From NCBI RefSeq assembly GCF_009914755.1, contig NC_060926.1: a DNA stretch of 64,000 nt, one strand, 5' to 3'. The position numbers and the translations under genes are program-made. Positions 55,541 through 64,000 of the stretch are shown here, in pieces (within the stretch, counting starts at the first letter, position 1; each line of letters opens with the position of its first letter). A model generated the notes under the pieces. That model saw only the letters and a list, made by a program, of their open reading frames with translations, had not been told where the DNA came from and made no database searches. Source of the DNA: the human T2T-CHM13v2.0 reference genome, Homo sapiens.

Positions 55541-57346
55541 ATTATTATTTGTTTTCAATAAGACTATATTAAAGGATGACTTCGTGCCAGAGGTAGTATG
55601 TTTATGGGTTAGGGGAAAGATAAAGATTAATATAAAAACAAGCAGCTGCATGAATTTGGTACAACAGCTGTAAAATTAGAAACAATAGTAGCACTGGAAC
55701 TGACATTGCAAAGTGGAGCTTATGAAGTTTATGAACTTTAATTAAAATGTCACTGATGTGGGTGCCAAAAATCATGAAAAGGATAAAGTATGTTCGTTAA
55801 TTGTCTCCTAGCAGGGGAAATAGAGTAGATAATCAAATGAGCAATGGGCATTTTACATTTTGATTAAGAACCTTCTCCATCATAAGACATTTATAAAAAT
55901 ATCTGAGAACAAAGACAAGCTTTAATTCCCTGTGGATAATAGGATAGTTTATATTGTATACATGGTCAAATTTACTTGAAAGAGATAAAATATAAAATAT
56001 TAATCTGTTGAAAGCCTAGAAAATAACAATCTGATATACTCAGTGATACAAAGTAATTCAGATATCACTTGTTCATGTGAATGAGACATCATGTTTTATT
56101 CAGCTTATACAGTTTGTTCAGACATTGTAAAATAATTTCAGGGAATAAAATGCGGTATTCTAATTAGAAGCTAATAGACTATTATTTTAGACTCCACACA
56201 GTGTACATAACTCCTGGACATTGATGTTGTAATTTTAAAGAAACACAACATTTTTAAGACCTGAATAAAATTCTTTTTAAAAAGCAAGAATCAGCGAGTA
56301 ATCTATAGATGTTGATTTCCCTGAGAAATTATGGCAATAAAAGTTAAATAATATCCAAGTATCATTTTACTTCATCCCATATCAAGTGCCAGGCATAGTT
56401 CCTTGTTTCTTTACACATAAAATCTTGTTAGAGTCTTGGAAGTAGTCATTATTATTCCCACTTTCCACTGGGAAAGTTAAGGCCTTGAAGACTTAAATAA
56501 TAATTTTCACAAGTATACATAGCATGTGACAGAGCCTGTAGAAAAATTCTGTTTGCTTATTTCATAGCCCAAGTTCTTAATGACTGGGTCATAATGTTCC
56601 TTCTTTCTTTTCTCACTGCCTTTTAAAATGTTGAGGGTACAATAAAGGAAATTATCGAGGTAGTCATTGTGGACTCCACTCAATTTGAGTTCTTTCTGCT
56701 TTAACATTTATTTTTTTCACATTACCGTGGAGTCTAAATATATGACATTTATCTGGTCAATATTTCATAAGTTAAATGTTTTATTCTTGTATTAGCTTAG
56801 TATTACTATGAGTAGATATTAACTTAGTATTACTATGAGCCTAATTAATGCATAGTGTTATGCATTTCTACCTTAATCTTTTTATTTTTGTGCAAATTTT
56901 GAGGAGAGGCTTTACCTAGGAAATGCAATATCAGCATTTATCTACACATTCTGTGAGCACAGATGGCTGATGGGAGAAGCACTCACATTATTTCAAGAGT
57001 CAGTAGCCTATGGCATACAGGCAAAACATGAGCCAGTATCCATTGAGTTATGGAACAGTTGCCACCACTTCTTTGTATCTATCCTCAATATATTTAAGAA
57101 ATGCCTTTATCTGTGAGAATCAAAGTCAGACAGGTTTTCCTTGTCTTACAAATATCAGTGCTTGCAGCATTATACCTGTATATGTACATAAAAATGTCAT
57201 TACATGTCAGGAGAATAACATAAAATCTGAACTTTCGTATATCCTTATCTTTGCCAATTAAGATGGAAAGGAGTGAGACCATTGGAACCCTACTTTAAAA
57301 GATTTCAAACCAGATTTCATTTCCTGTTCTGTGTGCACGTTCAGGA

Positions 57347-57881
57347 TGTAGGGGAAAACAAAACAATATCTTTTCCCTGCCTGTCACAAGGTTTATGACC
57401 AACACTCTTATGAAAAAGACAGACAGATTCACAAAAGGAAATCATGACAAATTTATTTAACCCAAGTTTTATGTCAAATGAGAGCCTTCAGAAATGAAGA
57501 CCTAAAGATCCAAGAATTTTCATCCTTAAGCATTTGTTTCATAACTCAATGACACTTTTATCCTTAGGATCCAAGAAGAATGGACAGTCATATAGAAGTA
57601 TGATTGGACAAAAATTAAGTGTGATCTAATGGAATTAAAGGAGGCAGGGCACTTAGCAAGGTCTGTTTGTTCAGATTCTTCTTGGCCTGCAAATATAGGG
57701 CAGAACCCCTGTGAAACTAGAGTCTTATGATCTTCTTTTAGGAAAAGTAAGTCAGAGAATTTCTTTATGGCTATACTTCAGGGTAGAAAGGTGGGAGAAG
57801 GTCAGAATGGCCTCCTGGCTACGGCAGTTTTTTCAATTGCCAACTTGACATATTTTGGAGTATTATGTTCAGAGCCCTGAT
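57347..57881 (-). mobile_element. Solo ERV1 LTR, MER67/MER31-like
   Basis: tgtaggggaaaa...acagattcacaaaaggaaa...gagccttcagaaatgaagacc...catattttggagta; subfamily uncertain. Confidence 0.65.
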
Positions 57882-58200
57882 ATTGGCAGAGAACCAATAA
57901 ACCCACAACCTATGGGAGGACCAAGAAGCAACAGAGTGGAAATAAAGAGCCCTGTGCATCTAACTCACACAACCATAGTGCTAATCCATATTTATAAAAA
58001 GGCAAATGGAGAGTCATGAGGACAACTGTCAGTCAGTAGTTTATATTAAACAGGGCTTAGTCTGAATTTAGTGGAGTACAGATTTAAAATGACTTTTTTC
58101 CCCCCAATTATTGCTTTTATGCTCTGAAGAATACTCATTTTCAGTCCTTAATGTTATTTAGCACTGATTTTATAGCTTTGTAATCACTTCTCGTTATTGA

Positions 58201-58553
<353 letters not shown>

Positions 58554-59623
58554 ATTAGAGAAAGCTCTAATGTCCACTGTAAAGCCTTGATTTTTGTAGG
58601 CACACATAGCTCACATTCTCTTCTCTCCCTAGGCCCATGATGAAAGAGGAGCTTGGAATGAGAGAGGGCAGGGGTTTGTGGGTTGCCTTCCCCAATGGGT
58701 AGGGTGAAATGGGAAGGCTAGAAAAACGGCAGGTCTTTTCTGATAAGTTTGATGATGGCTTGCCGTTGTTGGCTTCATATGGTTCCACTTGCTATTGGTG
58801 GCCTTACCCAGGTGATTATCTTCTATACATAGTTTTACTGTTTTCTTAAAACTGTGCTCAGCTTCAGCCTTTATTTCTTCTCTTTTCCAAGGGCCTTTTG
58901 GAGAGGAAGATCTTAGTCTCTATTTCACCCAACTGCCTTTCTCAAAGTGTGCCTCCTTGCTGATCTGCCATATTGTTAGTCCCATAGCTCATTCTTTCTT
59001 TTCTATGTTCCATGCTCTATAGAGCCCAGAAATGACTGAGGTCTTGTCCAGATGCTATTAAAGACCACTTCCTCCAAGGTTCACTGCATCACTGGACCTA
59101 TCAATTCTGCTGGAACAACCTGTAAAATAAACCCCAACCATAGCTTCAGAATTCACTAGATTGGGAGTGGTCTCTCTTTTACTAGGGTCATGTAGCTCTC
59201 TGAACACATTCTTCTCTGCTCTAAAGGCAGCACCAGGATAACGTGCTAATTTGCTGTACAACTGTCCAGCTGGGAGAGAAATACCAGTCTCTCCATTCAG
59301 TTAGCTCCCTTGTTTGGGTGAAGGAGGAAAGAAGCTCTTCATTTATGAGTATTCCATAGGAAGGGAGGGAAAAGCCTCTTTACCAAACACCTTGCATTTT
59401 TCACAATAAAGAGAAGACCTTAAATTCCGTCTCATGTATAACAAGTCGTGTCATTTCTTCTGAAATTGGAGCACCTTTCCTGGTCACAGAATGAATGTTG
59501 AGTACTCTACTAAATCATGTCTGAGAGAGAGAGAGGAATACAAATAAACAAGTTACAGATTGTGGTAAGCAAAGAGGGAACTAAACAGGGTTCTCTTAGA
59601 GAAAATAACTGGGGTGGGGCTAC

Positions 59624-59762
59624 TTTATTTTTATTTTATTTTTTTAAAGATTCTTTTTTTTTGTTATTATACTTTAAGTCTGGGATACATGTGCAGAATG
59701 TGTAGGTTTGTTACATAGGTATACACCTGCCATGGTGGTTTGCTGCATCCATCAACCCGTCA
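59624..59762 (-). mobile_element. L1PA 3'-terminal fragment (~110 bp plus tail)
   Basis: ttattatactttaagtctgggatacatgtgcagaatgtgtaggtttgttacataggtatacac...ccatcaacccgtca. Confidence 0.88.
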
Positions 59763-60224
59763 GCAATTGGAGAAGACCTCTCTGATGAAGTGATGTTTCA
59801 GCTGAGATGACAAGTATGGCAAAGAGGTAGCCAAGGTGAAGTGCTGACAGAATTGTATTCCGGGTACAGGGGAAGGAGATTTGAGAATTTGGTGTGTGAA
59901 AAGGTATGTGGTATGTTATTCTAGAATGTGGCAGAAGGCCAGTATCACCAGTGTTTTTTGACAGAGAGGGAGAATAAGGTATGGTCTTAGAGGCCCTGCT
60001 AAAGGATTTTGTTTACATTCACAGTGCAATGAGAAACCATTCAAGGATTTAAGCAGGGAAGTAAAATTAAGTAATTAAATTTTTAAAAGACCACTTTGAT
60101 TTCTCACTACAAAACAAATTGCAGAAAGCAACACTGAAAGCAGCAAGACAATTAAGAGTCTGTTGAATTGACAGATAAGAGATGCTGGTGATTAGGACAA
60201 GGATGGTGGCCGCGGAAACAGAGA

Positions 60225-60566
60225 GAGGGCTCCCACAAAATTCATGTATTGAAGCCTTCAATTACTGCCTCACATATGGCCTGTGAGGAGGGAATTGAAG
60301 ATAAATGAGGTCAGAAAGGTGGGGTCCTAATTTGATAGGACTGATATCCTTATAAGAAGAGAAAGAAATACCAGACTGCTCTCTCCATGATGTAAGGACA
60401 CAGCAAAAAGATAGTCATCTACAAGTCAGCAAGAACACCCTTATGAGGAACTGACCATGCTGGCACCTTGATCTTTAACTTCCCAGCCTATAGAACTGTG
60501 AGAAAGAGATTTCTGTTGTTTAAGCCTCCCAGGATTTTGTTATGGCAGCGCAAGCAAACGAAAACA
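60225..60566 (+). mobile_element. MLT1A/B-like MaLR solo LTR
   Basis: aaattcatgtattgaagcc...ccttataagaaga...gaccatgctggcaccttgatct...agaactgtgagaaa...ttgttatggcagc. Confidence 0.8.
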
Positions 60567-61234
60567 GATGGCTATATGGAGAATTATTTTACAGATAGCA
60601 CTACTAGGATTTAATAATAGATTGCATATGCATACAGATGATGAAAGAAATAAGTCAATGATATGTTCTAGTTTTATTTAGTTATTTATTTTACTTTACT
60701 TGTGTATTTATTGGTTTGACTATCTGGGTGAATGTTGGCACCATATACTATCAATTGGAAAAAAAAAATAGAAAAAAATAAGACCTGGCTGACAGAACAG
60801 GGGTGAATCAACAAACCAAGTTTGAACATTTCTGTTTGTATGTTTCTGGGACATACAAGAGGAGGTATCAAGTAGATGTATGGATACACAAGTCTGGATC
60901 CCAGAAAAGAGGTCTGGGCTGAGATGTAAATTTGAGATTGTTGGCATGCAGGTCCTATGTAAATTAATAGTAACAAGTGAGACCACCCATGAAATGTATA
61001 AAGAGAGATGAAGGCCAACATTTAAATATAAATTTAAAGTAAAAATGGATAAACATATAAGAAGAGGAAAATCAGGAGACTCCAAGAAAACAGTCAACAA
61101 GATAATAAATGCATCAAGGGATATTTGTTATTTTGACCAGAGGAATTGTGAGGAGCTACATAAATAAACAGTATTTTTTACAGTAGGTCAAAAACGAATG
61201 TAAATTGAGGAAGGGAAAGAACATATATCACTAA

Positions 61235-61965
61235 ATACATATATAATATCACTAAATTACATAAATATAATTTATATAAATATATAATTTATATATAAAT
61301 ATATATGAAATATATATAAATTATATATAATTTATATATACATATATAAATTATATATAAATTATATATAAATTATATATACATATATAAATTATATATT
61401 ATATATAAAATTGTATATATTTATATATAAATTGTATATATAATTCATATATAAATTGTATATATAATTTATATATACATTGTATATATAATTTATATAT
61501 ACATTGTATATATAATTTATATATACATTGTATATATAATTTATATATACAATGTATATATAATTTATATATACATTGTATATATAAATTATATATACAA
61601 TGTATATATAATTTATATATACATTGTATATATAATTTATATATACAATGTATATATAATTTATATATACATTGTATATATAAATTATATATACAATGTA
61701 TATATAATTTATATATACAATGTATATATAAATTATATATACATTGTATATACAATTTATATATACATTGTATATACAATTTATATATAAATTGTATATA
61801 CAATTTATATATAAATTATATTATTTATATATAGTATATATAAATATATATAATATATAAATTATATATTTATTTATATATTATATTATTTATATATAAA
61901 TTATATATTATTTATATATACATTATATATACATTATATATTATTTATATATACATTATATATTC
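61235..61965. repeat. AT-rich low-complexity block with a 24-bp minisatellite core (~61410-61815, ~16 units)
   Basis: Unit tgtatatataatttatatatacat; the 8-aa periodicity of ORF 61399-61803 reflects it. Confidence 0.93.
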
Positions 61966-62492
61966 ATTAGAATCTTAATTGTCTTTCTGCTTTCACTGTT
62001 GTTTCCTAAGAACATGTATCGCTAATATGCTAAAATTACATAATTCATAATTCTACCGTAACAAAAATATAAAATATATATTACAGATACAAATATATTA
62101 TATATAAAATATAAAATGTAGATAAAATATATATTTTATATTATTTAATGGTAAAAGGAAACAGATAGGATATAGATATTAAACAATTGATTTTTTGTGT
62201 GTTTTATAAATTTTTGAAGCTATTTGAAAGATAGACGACTTTAGAAGGTATTATGCAAAGATAGGCATAATCTAGTAATGAGAAACGTTAATATTTCAGG
62301 AGAAAAGCAAGGGAAATGACTAAATTAGTGACATCCTTAAGAAAGATACAAGGGATATAATGGAGGACTGAAAAAGAATATTGATTTATCTGTGATAGGA
62401 TAGCGATTAACTGCCTCCATTTTAACAGGAAGAATGTAAAAATGTGCGTAATCACAAGAAGGTTCATATATTTCATGAAGCTAGGAAGATGA

Positions 62493-62824
<332 letters not shown>

Positions 62825-63138
62825 GAAATACGTTGATTATTTAAGAATGAGCTTCCCTGTCTTTTAAGGGGGAGGAAGGTTTCTATTCTTCTCGTATATT
62901 CATCTGTATTTCAGTGTTTGTTGGACCTATTTTTCTGCTAGCATTACACTGTTTAAAAATTATAAAATAAAAAAATAGATTTACATGAAATGCACAAACC
63001 ATTATTGATTATTATGACTTATTATTTATCATCTTTTATCTTCTGATAAAAAAAGTGGTTGTCTCTTACTGCTACCCAAGTCCAATAGCAGCTCTTTTCT
63101 AAGCTAAATGTTATCTGAAGGGTCAGGTGAAAAGATAG

Positions 63139-63465
63139 TTTTTTTTTCTTTCTTTCTCTCTTTTTTTTTTTTTTTTTTTTGAGATAGAGTTTCGCTTTTG
63201 TCGCCCAGGCTGGAGTGCAATGGCGCGTGATCTCGGCTCACTGCAACCTCTGCCTCCCGAGTTCAAGCGATTCTCTTGCCTCAGCCTCCTGAGTAGCTGG
63301 GACTACAGGCGTGTGTCACCACATCCGGCTGATTTTTGTATTTTTAGTAGAGACGGGTTTTTGCCATGTTGGTCAGGCTGGTCTCAAACTCCTGACCTCA
63401 CATGATCTGCCCACCTCGGCCTCCCAAAGTGGTGGGATTACAAGTGTGAGCCACCGCACCTGGCC
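63139..63465 (-). mobile_element. AluS (Sp/Sq-like)
   Basis: Antisense dimer with a T/CT-rich tail; agtttcgcttttgtcgccc. Confidence 0.94.
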
Positions 63466-64000
63466 AGAAATGGCCAGAAAGATATTTTTCTTTCAAAAAA
63501 AGTAACTCTACTTAAATCAGATGTATCAAATGAAAACAATGTTAGTTACAGTATAAAACCATGTTTTCCAAATTTTGTAAAACAGCGACTATGACTTCTA
63601 TTTATTGTGACAAGAAAACCTGTAGCATATATGTTATATATATATATAATTGTATGTATAGTATTGTGTGTATGCACATATATAGAAATAGTATAAGCTA
63701 TGATTATACAACATAATTTCATAGAAATCAGTATTTTATGGCTAGTTTGCATAATACTTAGCCTCAAATACACAGTGAATTCTAGGATACTAAGAAATAT
63801 ATGGTATATTTTCTAAGAATTTATAGTTTTAAAGGAGTGATAAGGAAGTGAATAATTGTAATCAGTCCTAAAAGCATGCTTAAAATAAAAAAGGTACACA
63901 TTACTAAATCTCCCCCCAGAGCTTTCTAGAAGAAATGATCTTGGTGAAGATGAGTTTTGAAGGATATGTAGACCTTGAGCACCTATAAAGGTGCCCTAAC

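Larger units (their letters stand above)
59490..61150 (+). mobile_element. L2 relic hosting an L1PA 3' fragment and an MLT1 LTR
   Basis: agtgcaatgagaaaccattcaaggatttaagcaggg and gaggtctgggctgagatgtaaatttgagattg are L2 blocks. Confidence 0.7.

Noticed and set aside
61399-61803. 134-aa repetitive YIQCIYKL protein
   Set aside because: Translation of a 24-bp minisatellite that happens to lack stops in one frame; non-ATG start.

Overview
Human (primate) genomic DNA, AT-rich and repeat-dense. The window lies inside a large + strand gene encoding a polypeptide N-acetylgalactosaminyltransferase, recognised as GALNT13 (paralog of GALNT1). Four consecutive internal coding exons (4872-5038, 5540-5747, 8658-8828, 21862-21979) have canonical AG/GT ends and compatible phases. 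They encode much of the GT-A catalytic domain, including the DxH motif and WGGENLE. No further exon was found in the remaining ~42 kb. The introns hold a disabled processed prohibitin (PHB1) pseudogene, two large old L1 elements, two two-LTR THE1 elements in opposite orientations, solo LTR12 and LTR1-family LTRs, about 13 Alu/FLAM copies, old DNA transposons, L2/MIR relics, microsatellites and a 24-bp AT-rich quasi-palindromic minisatellite. I found no evidence for a new protein-coding system; nearly all tracked ORFs are repeat-derived or random. The most interesting signals are structural: an apparent gene-conversion tract between the inverted THE1 copies, an apparently inverted and tail-less PHB retrocopy block inside an L1, an exact 29-bp segment repeated 3 kb away, several fold-back/template-switch scars including a perfect 31-bp hairpin, and a candidate cryptic exon in the pseudogene. 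Repeat subfamily names come from recalled consensus sequences, and repeat boundaries are approximate unless TSDs are quoted.
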